From Ascoidea asiatica JCM 7603 (Eukaryota; Fungi; Ascomycota): 64,000 nt of DNA. Under the pieces are notes generated by a model. The model was not told the origin of the DNA. It was given only the letters and a program-made list of their open reading frames with translations, and ran no database searches. The position numbers and the translations under genes are program-made. Positions 44,018-54,400 of the stretch are shown in pieces. The DNA is taken from the NCBI GenBank assembly GCA_001600695.1, contig BCKQ01000005.1, positions 237,496-301,495 of the forward strand, written 5' to 3'. How positions within the stretch are numbered: position 1 is the stretch's first letter; each line of letters starts with the position of its first letter.

Positions 44018-45697
44018 ATGAATAGATTTAAATCACCTGTTGCAGGTTCAGGAAATGCTTTAACTCCTATTTATTCTCCTGGTAAGCGAGATATTTTATC
44101 TCCTTTTAAATTTGGAAACAAAAAAAATAATAATATAGAAGGAAAATCAAAGTATATATTATACCCACTTTTTATAAATTTGATATTTTATAACTTTTCA
44201 GTTTACTAATTTTGATATTTTATTAGAGAAACTTCCCCAAATAATTCTCAATCTAGTTCACAATGTAGAACAAATTTACCTTTTCCAAATACAGAAAATA
44301 CAATCATAAGTCCTGTTCCTTTGACAAAAGCCCATTTCTTGGATGCATATAGCAAAGGTAAATGGAATTTATCAGTGGTACCATCCCCTACTTGTTTTCA
44401 AAATACAATAGGTTTAATGGAACCTCCAGAAAGTTATAATGAATCTGCTCGTTTAAGAATGGTACATACATATCAGAAGCTGTTACAATGGAAAGATTCT
44501 GAAAAGTTTCATAAACTAATCTCAATTGCATGCAGAACCTTTTCATGTTTTGGTGCGTCAATTTCTCTTATTGATGAAAAGAAGCAAATTGTTAAATATC
44601 AACACTCTCTGGGAATTTCTGAATGTCCAAGAAGAGTTTCAATTGATGCTCATGCTATTTTATCTTCTGAATGCTTTATTTTATTAGATGCAAGTAAAGA
44701 TTGGAGATTTAAAAACAATCCTTTTGTAAAAGGGGTTCCAAATTTAAAATTTTATACTGGTGTTCCATTATTTAGTAGAGTGGGCTCTGTAATTGGTATC
44801 TTAGCCATTTTTGATGTTTTTCCAAGAACCGAATTTCCTGAAGGTCATTTAATGATCCTCAAAAATATTGCAATTGAAATTACTCAAATTCTTGATTCTC
44901 CTGTTTCTCTTTCTTCTAATAAAAGCCAACCTGATCAAAAGTTAATCTCAAAAATTGGTAGAGCTACTAGTTATGAAACATCTAAAACTTTAAATTCTAT
45001 TGCTGTTTATGAAAAAGATGGCTCGGGCAGCCAATATTCTCAGAATCTTAATATTAGATTTGGTAGACATGAAAAGAGTATTGAAGAAATCGAAACTGCA
45101 AAAATTTGGAAAGTTCTCTTAGATCCTGGAAGACCTAAAATGGCAGCGTTTTTTTTGTGTAAAAGTATGGCGGAAAGACTAAGTTCTCATTATGTTTATG
45201 TTATGGAAATAAGAATAGCAGAAACTTATCAAATACCATCAAACTATTTTCCTCCTGATAATAATGTTGAAGCGGAGAGTTTTAAGTATGCTAACAAATT
45301 GCAAAGGGTAGGAAAAGAAAATACTATCACTAAAATTTTGGGCAGTTATTCTACAAATCCAGTTGATGATGAGAGTAATGAATCAAATATATATTATAGG
45401 TCATTAAGTTCTGAATTTGGAATATTAATCAGAAATAAAATTCAATCTGTTAGGTATCGGTCCGGAGTTTGCATGTGTTTTCATAGGCATCCTTCAAAAC
45501 TAGTTCGAAAAAAAAGAATTCCCATGAATGACAAATCTAATTTCTCCAATTCCTTTAAACCAATTGATTTATATCTAAGATCAGGAGGATATTTAATTAC
45601 TGTGTTTAATGAAAATGATAAAACGTTTACTGAGAGTGAAATCAGCTATATTTTCAGTAGCGCATGTGTATACAGAAAAATTTATATCTCAAACTAA
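44018..45697 (+). CDS. GAF-domain protein, ~534 aa, two exons (44018-44151, 44227-45697)
   Basis: ASISLID, SIDAHAIL, ILLDASKDWRFKNNPFV and KFYTGVPL GAF motifs. The intron GTATAT(44152)..TACTAAT(44204)..TAG(44226) fuses two ORF-track ORFs in frame. Confidence 0.8.
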
Positions 45698-45905
45698 TTG
45701 AAAAGGGAAGTAAACTGTTTTTGATATTTGAAGGAGTCTTACTACATCGGTGGTTACTTTTATTTTTTAATTTTTTTTTGAGCCTTAAAATTACTTTTTT
45801 TTTCAAAAATTTCTATTATTAAACAAATTTAATGACGTTCAATATATACTAAATACTATATGCATGCGTTTTCAAAGGGCTGCTTTCATAGATGTCACTT
45901 GAAAA

Positions 45906-47399
45906 TCAACAACTACAATCACCGAGAGTTCTAGAAAAGGGAATTGCATCCTTTATATTTTCAGTATTCGTCAAATAACAAATCAATCTTTCAAAGCCCA
46001 TACCAAAACCTCCATGAGGGACACTTCCGTTCTTCCTTGTTTCAAGATACCATTTAACATCGTCAATTTTCATTCCTCTATATAATACTTCTTGTTTTAA
46101 TTTTTCATAATTATCTTCTCTTAGTGAACCTCCAATCAATTCACCTACCTCGGGAACTAATAAATCAAAGCATTCCACTGTATCGTCATCAGGATTTTTT
46201 TTCATGTAAAATGATTTAAACGCTCTTGGGTAATTAGTAACAAATACAGGAGATTTGAAATACGATCCGCTTAAATATTTTTCATGTTCTGTTGCTAGAG
46301 CAGTACCCAACTTTGGTTGAAATTTGAATGTTTGATCTGATTTTAGCAATATATTTATTGCATCCGAATAAGTTATAGAAGGCCAAGAGTTTTTTTGTAA
46401 CAAGTTATTCAAACGATCCATAATGACTAGGTTTTCTTCCTTTGTTCTTCTAGAATTGCGCCCAGTTAAATTAGTAAGAGCATTGGAATCATTGCTAATA
46501 AGAGATTTGGCAATAAATCTAATCATAGATTCACAAAAGGATGTCAAATCTTCAAGACCATCGATGAAAGCAATTTCAACCTCTAGCATCCAAAATTCAG
46601 CTAAATGACGATTTGTATCTGATTTTTCTGCTCTGAAACATGGTGACAACGTCCAAACTTTGTTTAGAGCTAAACATAAAGTTTCTAAATGTAGTTGGGA
46701 GGAAACCGTCAAATAAGACTCTTTTCCAAAAAAATAATTTGATTTATCGTTATATCTTTTAGGAATATTGCATTTTTTAGATTTAAGTAATTCTTTAAAA
46801 ATAGTGGAGCTCTCAATTTGAAACAACTCGCCAGCACCTTCACAATCAGAGCTTGTAATTATAGGAGGATTGGTTTTGAAAAAATTGTTTCTATTGAAAA
46901 ATTCATTTAATTTGAAATCTAAAAAAGATCTAAATCTTAGAATAGAAGACAATTTTGAGGATTTATGCTTCAATGTAGGCAAAGACCGCATAAATTGAGC
47001 AGAATGATCTTTTTTTTGCAATGGATAATCATCAGAAACTTTTCCAATGATCTTTATATTATCCGAACTTGCAACTTTCAACTCAAATTTTTGCGAAGTT
47101 CCGTTCGAAGTAGACCATAGTCCTTGAGCTTGTATAGAGGAGCCTGTTTTTAAGTCAAGCACAATATCATTTTTGAGGGCTGAAGATGGGAGTACAATCA
47201 TTAGATTTTCAGGGCCTGAGCCGTCATCTAAATCAATGAAAGAAACATTTTTCAATTTTCTGAATGATCTTATCCAGCCAGAAACTAGAATTTCTGAGTT
47301 TATTTCAGGCTTATTGATATTTATTAGTTGATTTATATCATTATTGAAACTTGAATGCAGCCTCTTGAAAATTAATCCTTTGATATAGCTGGCTTTCAT
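45906..47399 (-). CDS. SLM5: Mitochondrial asparaginyl-tRNA synthetase
   Basis: SSDCEGAGELF, YLTVSSQLHLE, FRAEKSDTNRHLAEFWMLE and HGGFGMGFERL motifs; presequence-like N-terminus. Confidence 0.95.
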   Translation of the reverse strand: MKASYIKGLIFKRLHSSFNNDINQLININKPEINSEILVSGWIRSFRKLKNVSFIDLDDGSGPENLMIVLPSSALKNDIVLDLKTGSSIQAQGLWSTSNGTSQKFELKVASSDNIKIIGKVSDDYPLQKKDHSAQFMRSLPTLKHKSSKLSSILRFRSFLDFKLNEFFNRNNFFKTNPPIITSSDCEGAGELFQIESSTIFKELLKSKKCNIPKRYNDKSNYFFGKESYLTVSSQLHLETLCLALNKVWTLSPCFRAEKSDTNRHLAEFWMLEVEIAFIDGLEDLTSFCESMIRFIAKSLISNDSNALTNLTGRNSRRTKEENLVIMDRLNNLLQKNSWPSITYSDAINILLKSDQTFKFQPKLGTALATEHEKYLSGSYFKSPVFVTNYPRAFKSFYMKKNPDDDTVECFDLLVPEVGELIGGSLREDNYEKLKQEVLYRGMKIDDVKWYLETRKNGSVPHGGFGMGFERLICYLTNTENIKDAIPFSRTLGDCSC

Positions 47400-47696
47400 T
47401 ATGTTAATTTAAATTCTGAAAAGCCTATAAACCCAGAAAAAAAATAAAAACTGGCAAAGTTTTAACTAAACAATAAATAAACTAGCCATATCTTGAAGAA
47501 ATATTAGATTAAAAATTATTTACCTTTAGCTTACCTCATTTTTTTCAATCGTAGTAAATATTCTTTTCCTGAATTTCAGAACCCCAAAAATAGGTTTTAA
47601 AAGTTACCGAATCCACTTCTGCGGTGATATAAAACCATATCAAAAATGTATCCGAGCCATGGAATTTTGGTAAATAAGACATCTGGGACGGTTTTA

Positions 47697-47704
47697 ATGA
47701 CTCA
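47697..47704. promoter_or_regulatory. Gcn4 site in the SLM5-SES1 divergent promoter
   Basis: ATGACTCA between two aminoacyl-tRNA synthetase genes. Confidence 0.6.
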
Positions 47705-47992
47705 CTAATAACTATCCGGAAACTCTAAATTACTCTTGATTACAATTTTATTGAAGTGTGAAGTGGCATTGCGGAAAAAAACATGAATTTTTTAAGGTGA
47801 TAAACTTTGAAAATCTATCAACATTTCTAGAAAAAAATCAAACTTCAAAAACAATTTTTAATATTACTTTTCTTCAATCTTTAAACTGGGTTAAGAATAA
47901 TCATTTTTCAATTTATATATACTAAGTTTTTCAATTCCTTTTTTGTAAACTGCTTGCATAAAATTTCTCTTTTGTTATTTATATTTAAGAAA

Positions 47993-49381
47993 ATGTTAGA
48001 TATTGCTGAATTTATTAAAGAAAAAGGTGGAGATCCTGATAGAATTAAGAGATCTCAAAAGGCTCGTGGTGATTCTGTTGAAATTGTTGATGAAATCATT
48101 GCTGAATATAAAGAATGGGTTAAGATCAGATTTGATTTAGATGCTCTAAATAAAAAACAAAACCAAATTCAGAAAGAAATTGGTCAGAAAATGAAATTGA
48201 AACAAAGAGAGGAAGCTCTGAAATTAATCCCAATCAAAGATGAAGTCGTTAAAGAAAAAGCTGAATTAATTGAACAAGAAAAAAGAATTGATGAACAATT
48301 ACGTTGGAAAGTAAATCAAATTGGTAATATTGTACATTCATCAGTTGTAATTTCAAATGATGAAGAAAATAATGAATTAGTTAGAACCTGGAAACCAGAA
48401 TCATATGAATCCATTGAAAAAATAGCTGCTGCTACTGGTGCTCCTGCAAAATTATCTCATCATGAAATTTTATTACGCCTCAATGGATATGATCCTGAAA
48501 GAGGTGTGCGTATTGTTGGTCATCGTGGTTATTTCTTAAGAAATTACGGTGTTTTTTTAAATCAAGCTTTAATTAACTATGGTTTATCATACTTAGCTAA
48601 AAGAGGTTTTACTCCTCTACAAGCTCCTGTAATGATGAATAAGGATGTCATGGCAAAGACTGCTCAATTATCTCAATTTGATGAAGAATTATATAAAGTC
48701 ATTGATGGTGAAGATGAAAAATATTTAATTGCCACTTCTGAGCAACCAATTTCGGCTTATCATGCTGGTGAGTGGTTTGAAAGTCCTGCAGAACAATTAC
48801 CAATCAAATATGCTGGTTACTCTTCTTGTTTTAGAAGAGAAGCCGGCTCCCATGGTAAAGATGCTTGGGGTATTTTTAGAGTTCATGCTTTCGAAAAGAT
48901 TGAACAATTTTGTCTTACTGAACCTAGTAAATCTTGGGAAGAATTTGATAGCATGATTGAAAATTCGGAAGAATTTTATCAAAGCTTAGGTTTACCATAT
49001 AGAGTTGTAGGAATTGTTTCAGGTGAACTAAATAATGCTGCTGCTAAGAAATATGATTTAGAAGCTTGGTTTCCATTTCAACAAGAATATAAGGAATTGG
49101 TTTCATGTTCTAATTGTACCGATTATCAATCAAGAAATCTTGAAATTAGATGTGGTATTAAGAAAGGTCCTATAGCTAAAAAGGAATATGTCCATTGTCT
49201 TAATTCTACTCTTTGTGCCACTGAAAGAGCTTTATGTTGTATTTTGGAAAATTATCAAAATGAAGATGGTTTAGTTGTTCCTGAAGTTTTAAGAAAGTAT
49301 ATTCCAGGTGAACCAGAATTTTTACCTTTTGTTAAAGAACTCCATAAAAATTCTACTAGTAAGAAAGTGGGTAAAAAATAA
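47993..49381 (+). CDS. SES1: Cytoplasmic seryl-tRNA synthetase
   Basis: MLDI start at 47993; LIATSEQP, FRREAGSHG and ELVSCSNCTDYQ motifs. Confidence 0.98.
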   Translation: MLDIAEFIKEKGGDPDRIKRSQKARGDSVEIVDEIIAEYKEWVKIRFDLDALNKKQNQIQKEIGQKMKLKQREEALKLIPIKDEVVKEKAELIEQEKRIDEQLRWKVNQIGNIVHSSVVISNDEENNELVRTWKPESYESIEKIAAATGAPAKLSHHEILLRLNGYDPERGVRIVGHRGYFLRNYGVFLNQALINYGLSYLAKRGFTPLQAPVMMNKDVMAKTAQLSQFDEELYKVIDGEDEKYLIATSEQPISAYHAGEWFESPAEQLPIKYAGYSSCFRREAGSHGKDAWGIFRVHAFEKIEQFCLTEPSKSWEEFDSMIENSEEFYQSLGLPYRVVGIVSGELNNAAAKKYDLEAWFPFQQEYKELVSCSNCTDYQSRNLEIRCGIKKGPIAKKEYVHCLNSTLCATERALCCILENYQNEDGLVVPEVLRKYIPGEPEFLPFVKELHKNSTSKKVGKK

Positions 49382-49504
49382 GCGTTTAGCTCTTTCAAAT
49401 TTTGAATACAGGAATTGAAGTCTTTTATAGTAATACAAAAAATCAAATTTCAATTATATGAACTTAGAAGTTGTAGCATGTTTTTGTTTAAACGTTTATT
49501 AATT

Positions 49505-51742
49505 CTATAAAAGTTCTTGGAATATAGAATTTGGGACATCAATTTCATATTCTTTTGTTCCTTTTATAAGCAATGGAATTAGTTCTCCTTTTCCTACAAA
49601 AAAACTACGATGACCGGCTATTTTCAATATTTCTTGAATTGTTTCCAAATCACAGTTTATATGGATATAAGAATTTGTTTGATAATGATTTAACCTATAA
49701 CTTTTTTCAAATATTCCAAATGTTATAAATTTTTTTATTCTTTCATGAAATTGTTCAGAAGTTTCATTTATAAATATCTTATTATTGTTGTCCGAAAAAT
49801 CATTTTGAAAAACGAAAGTGGGATAATCTCTTTGTAATTGTGATTTCGAGGATCTTTTACATCTTTTTGACCTTAAATTTTCATAAATTATAGCATTATA
49901 ATTATTTGACGTTCTTATTGTCCTTTCATTGCCTAAACATTTATTGAATTGAGTACTAATATCGAACTTCGAATTAGGTTCAGAGGTATTTTCAAGGCAA
50001 AAATTACTATTGTTTTCAATATAGTCATTATAATATGAGCCCAAAATAATATTATTCCAAGAATAAATAAAAGTTTCAATAGAACTTCGTAAAGGGGAGG
50101 TGTAATATATACTTGGTAATGGGCAACCTTTATCAAATTGTTTGATCCAACATTCATTTAACTTTTGACATTCATGTCTACCTTCTCTATTCAATTTTGG
50201 ATCAAATAAGTTTTGATTATCCATTGCTAAAGTATTAGAATCCCTGGAAAGAAATAGTAATTTATATATTTTATTATTATTTCTTGGGATAAATTTTAGT
50301 TGATTTAATATTTTATCTTTAAATTCAATTTCAAATTCTTTTTTATAAAAAACTTTTTTATTTTGAATCTTTTGATCACTTCCATCTATTTTACTATCAT
50401 TAGCATTTCCATAATAATAATTTTTAAACTTCTGCACTTTGCAATTAACATTATCTTCCTGTTTTATTTTTTTTTCAATATAATTCTTCTCTAACTTTTG
50501 CCTCAATTCAACTATATTTTTTTTGAAAGTTTCATTTGATTTTCTATTAAAATTTTTATTATCTTTGATAGAATCATTGATTAAGCTTTTAACATATAAA
50601 GTCACATATTCCCATTCTTTATCAGCAATTCCAAAATTATTTAAAAGTGGTTTATAAGATAAATCATTGATATATTTTTTATCTTGTTCAAATAAACCAG
50701 AAATCAGTTCGAATTTCCAAGATATTTTATCAATCTTACCAATCTTAGCAATTCTAGATTTATTTAATAATATTAATTTATTTGAGATATAAGATAAATC
50801 GAAAGGATCAATTTCAGTTGGAATAATATTATTAGTATTTCTTTGTTTATCTTTGAGAATTGATTTTTCAAAATTATTTTTGATATTTAAAGTATAAGAT
50901 AAAGATGGGGATTTTTTTCGATTTTCTTTCTTTTTACTATTAATATTGGTATTGATATTAGTAATAATATTGGTATTAGGATGAGCATTTAGATCTGTAT
51001 CAATGCTGATATTTGATTTTGTATGATTTAGATCATATAATTGATCTATTGAAAAAGTTGAGTAATCAGTAGTTAATCTATTATTAATATCAATATTATT
51101 ATTAATATTATTATTGAAATCTAATTGCTTTTCAAAATAAGATATAGGGGTAGTATTGGAAGCCATTGAATTTAGACTTGTTACGCTTTGTAAATTATTT
51201 TGAAATTTCAAGTTTGAATTTGAATTTGAATTTAAATTTGAGTTTGAATAAAGATTTATAGATTGATTTTTATTTTGATTTTGATCAGAATCTGATTCAT
51301 CTGAAAAAGGAATTGAAGAAAACTCTGGATCATAAGATTTCGTTGAATACAAAGAGTTTACGGATGAAGATAATGTCAGACTACGATATCGTTGATTATT
51401 ACTATGACTTGAATTTATATTCAGCTTTTGTTTATCCCTCTTATGATGTTTGTTTAAATGGTGTCTATTATATTTATCCAAAATAGTTGACATAGAAATA
51501 GTTCTTGAATGGCGATGTCTATAACCATCTATATTTCTGGAATTTACATTTGAGACCTTATTATTTGTGATGAAATTATTATCTGCTGTAGTTACTTGAA
51601 TTATTGGAGGAGATTTAGATACAGGAGGAAAAGAAAAATTTATAGCATTTTGATCAGTATCCTTTTCTAGTTCCCTATATTGTTCCTGACTTTCCAGGTT
51701 AGAATTATTTAGTCTATTACAAAAAGTAGAAAATGATTTCAT
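49505..51742 (-). CDS. Pmu1-like histidine-phosphatase-fold protein lacking the catalytic His, with a long disordered N-terminus
   Basis: SWKFELISGLFEQD, YKLLFLSRDS (RHG position), LFDPKL..EG, YYTSPLRSSIET, ENLRS and GHRSF..GELIPLLIKG track the Pmu1 family. Confidence 0.7.
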   Translation of the reverse strand: MKSFSTFCNRLNNSNLESQEQYRELEKDTDQNAINFSFPPVSKSPPIIQVTTADNNFITNNKVSNVNSRNIDGYRHRHSRTISMSTILDKYNRHHLNKHHKRDKQKLNINSSHSNNQRYRSLTLSSSVNSLYSTKSYDPEFSSIPFSDESDSDQNQNKNQSINLYSNSNLNSNSNSNLKFQNNLQSVTSLNSMASNTTPISYFEKQLDFNNNINNNIDINNRLTTDYSTFSIDQLYDLNHTKSNISIDTDLNAHPNTNIITNINTNINSKKKENRKKSPSLSYTLNIKNNFEKSILKDKQRNTNNIIPTEIDPFDLSYISNKLILLNKSRIAKIGKIDKISWKFELISGLFEQDKKYINDLSYKPLLNNFGIADKEWEYVTLYVKSLINDSIKDNKNFNRKSNETFKKNIVELRQKLEKNYIEKKIKQEDNVNCKVQKFKNYYYGNANDSKIDGSDQKIQNKKVFYKKEFEIEFKDKILNQLKFIPRNNNKIYKLLFLSRDSNTLAMDNQNLFDPKLNREGRHECQKLNECWIKQFDKGCPLPSIYYTSPLRSSIETFIYSWNNIILGSYYNDYIENNSNFCLENTSEPNSKFDISTQFNKCLGNERTIRTSNNYNAIIYENLRSKRCKRSSKSQLQRDYPTFVFQNDFSDNNNKIFINETSEQFHERIKKFITFGIFEKSYRLNHYQTNSYIHINCDLETIQEILKIAGHRSFFVGKGELIPLLIKGTKEYEIDVPNSIFQELL

Positions 51743-52002
51743 GTTTATTACTGATTCTTCCTATTTTATTTACTGAATTATTATTAAATATAAAAACAAA
51801 GAAGAAAAAGAATGTGAAAATAAAATATATTAAATGAAAAGTTACTTCAACTGATTTTAGTAACATACCAAAACACAAAGTATGTTTTGATAAAACAATA
51901 TTAATTTCTTGATTTATTAAATCAAAACCAGAATTACATTTCATCAAATTGATCAAAGAAATTTAAATCATCCTTAAATTTCCAATGAAGTAAAGGATTG
52001 TA

Positions 52003-52022
52003 AGATAGATAGATAGATAGAT
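52003..52022. repeat. (AGAT)5 microsatellite
   Basis: Directly visible. Confidence 0.85.
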
Positions 52023-53083
52023 ACTGTGTATTGTAATCCCCATTATTATTTGTAAATGCATTTCAGCAAAGTTTACTTTCGATTCAAATTTTAAAGCAAC
52101 ATCTACAATATGGTAACGTTGAAATAATAGATAAAATATACAGTAACTAGACTTCCAGTGAAAACTCAACCCTACACTGAACAAAAATAACATCAAATTT
52201 AATATCATAGTAGCTAATTTTACACGTGAATTAAATTATCTTCCAAGAAATATGTTTTCATTTTGTACCATTTTTGAACATTTTATAGCTAGATGTTGGA
52301 TGTACGATTTTGGAAGAAAACTCAAGAAGACTCTGATACTGACAAGTCTGAATGGTTTACTTTAAGTAAAGCGAATGACATTACATAAGAAAGTTGTAAC
52401 CTCCTAAGAGCTTGTGTAATAAGCTTAACTTCCCGAAAAATGGGCACACAATTCCAGACTAGTTTCACACTCTCGTTCGACAGACTCGGGTACCATCAGT
52501 CAAAACCTAGATAAGTCATCTGATACATTCACTAATATCTCTAATTTCCCATAAAGCACGTGATGTTGCATGTGGTATCGGTAGTTCAATGAATATACGA
52601 AATCCTTTAACTACAGTAGACGATGATAAGGTTACGTGGCTCTACAGAAATTTTACAAGTCTTGAAATTGAATTCAAATTGAAGTTAAAATTGAAATTGA
52701 TTAAAACCCATGGCTATGGTGCTTTTAATAAGGAGTAAATCTTTGATTATATAATCTTTGAAAATAAACACAGTTAAGGCTGATGAAATGTACAGTGCCT
52801 CCTTGACGATAATAACTACCATATATTACCCGTTAGTTCTTAAATTAAATCAATACATTTGATAAGTGATAAATATCAACTTATCAACTTTAAGTTCGTT
52901 ATCAATTTTTTTTTATTTATTAACTGCAAATTTTATTAAAAATTTACATAAAGGTTGATTCGATTTCAAATTTCTGAAAATTATAAGCATATAATTTTAA
53001 AGTGTATCAATCAATTCAATTAAAAGTATCTTTTTAATTCCAATCGAATAAGTGAACAATTAAAAATTTTAAAATCTAAAAAT

Positions 53084-54400
53084 ATGGTAAAAGGTTTATT
53101 TGATCCTGAATTACAAGCTCCAGAACCTATGGAAGGTCATTCTGCAACAAAATTATTCAATAAATTAAGTGGCCAACCAGAATCTTATGCTAGAAGAAAA
53201 AACTATGTATTTGGTAAACCTTTAGGTTGTGGTACTTTTGGTGCTGTGAGAGCTGCTTTGAATATTAGAACTAATGAAGAAGTTGCAGTTAAAATTATTT
53301 TGAAAAAAACTTTAAAAGGAAACTTCAATATGGTTTATGATGAATTAAAATTATTGCAAATTTTACACCATAAACATATTGTAGGTTTCAGAGATTGGTT
53401 CGAAAGTAAAGATAAATTTTATATTATAACTCAATTGGCAACTGGTGGTGAATTATTTGATAGAATTATTGAAAGAGGTAAATTCACTGAAAAGGATGCT
53501 GCAAGTTGTATTTCCCAAATATTACAGGCTTTATCTTATCTTCATAGTAATAATGTCGTTCATAGAGATTTGAAACCAGAAAATGTCTTATATATTTCAA
53601 AAGATTATGACTCTGCAATTGTTTTAGCTGATTTTGGAATTGCAAAAAAATTGAGAAATAGTAATGAAAAAATAACTTCAACTGCCGGTTCTTTTGGTTA
53701 TGCTGCTCCTGAAGTATTATCTGGCCTAGCTCATGGTAAACCTTGTGATATTTGGTCTTTAGGTATAATTACATATACTTTATTATGTGGTTATTCTCCT
53801 ATTAGAGCTGAAACTATTAATGATTTTCTTTTAGAAGTTCAGCATGATAACTGTATTGTGTTTCATAAAAGATATTGGGAAGAAATTTCTGACGATGCTA
53901 AATATTTTATTTTAAAAATGTTAAGAGTTGATCCTAATAAAAGAGCAACAGCAGATGAGTTATTAAATGATATATGGATTAAAGAAACTTCTTCAGAGCA
54001 TACCGATCTTGATCTATTACCTAATCTAAAAGAAGGTTTCAACGCAAGAGTTAAGTTCAGACAAGCAATTGAAATTGTCAAACTTAATAATAGATTAAAA
54101 GCTTTGAGAGACGAATGTGCTGCCGAAGGTATTGAAGATGATGATGATGCTTTCGGTGCATATGTTCCCAAAGAAAATTTAGGCTCAACAATTGGTAATA
54201 GATTATCATCTTTAATACCAAATCTTAATAATACTTCAACTGGAAGTAAAAAGAGTCCAAGAAATTCAATGATTTCTCATACACCTTCTTCTTCTATTGG
54301 TAAAAGTGAGTTAACAATCAAAGCATTTCAACAAATGGTTATAACTGCTCAACAAAATAAGGATAAAATCAATCCAGAAAATGATGGTCAATCAAAATAG
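53084..54400 (+). CDS. CMK2: Ca2+/calmodulin-dependent protein kinase (Cmk1/Cmk2)
   Basis: GQPESY, HRDLKPEN, DFG and GSFGYAAPE motifs; CaM-binding FNARVKFRQAIEIVKLNNRL. Confidence 0.9.
   Translation: MVKGLFDPELQAPEPMEGHSATKLFNKLSGQPESYARRKNYVFGKPLGCGTFGAVRAALNIRTNEEVAVKIILKKTLKGNFNMVYDELKLLQILHHKHIVGFRDWFESKDKFYIITQLATGGELFDRIIERGKFTEKDAASCISQILQALSYLHSNNVVHRDLKPENVLYISKDYDSAIVLADFGIAKKLRNSNEKITSTAGSFGYAAPEVLSGLAHGKPCDIWSLGIITYTLLCGYSPIRAETINDFLLEVQHDNCIVFHKRYWEEISDDAKYFILKMLRVDPNKRATADELLNDIWIKETSSEHTDLDLLPNLKEGFNARVKFRQAIEIVKLNNRLKALRDECAAEGIEDDDDAFGAYVPKENLGSTIGNRLSSLIPNLNNTSTGSKKSPRNSMISHTPSSSIGKSELTIKAFQQMVITAQQNKDKINPENDGQSK

Noticed and set aside
6814-47399. Nine mitochondrial genes in the window as a functional cluster
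   Set aside because: They are interspersed with unrelated genes and mitochondrial genes are common; enrichment cannot be shown without genome statistics.
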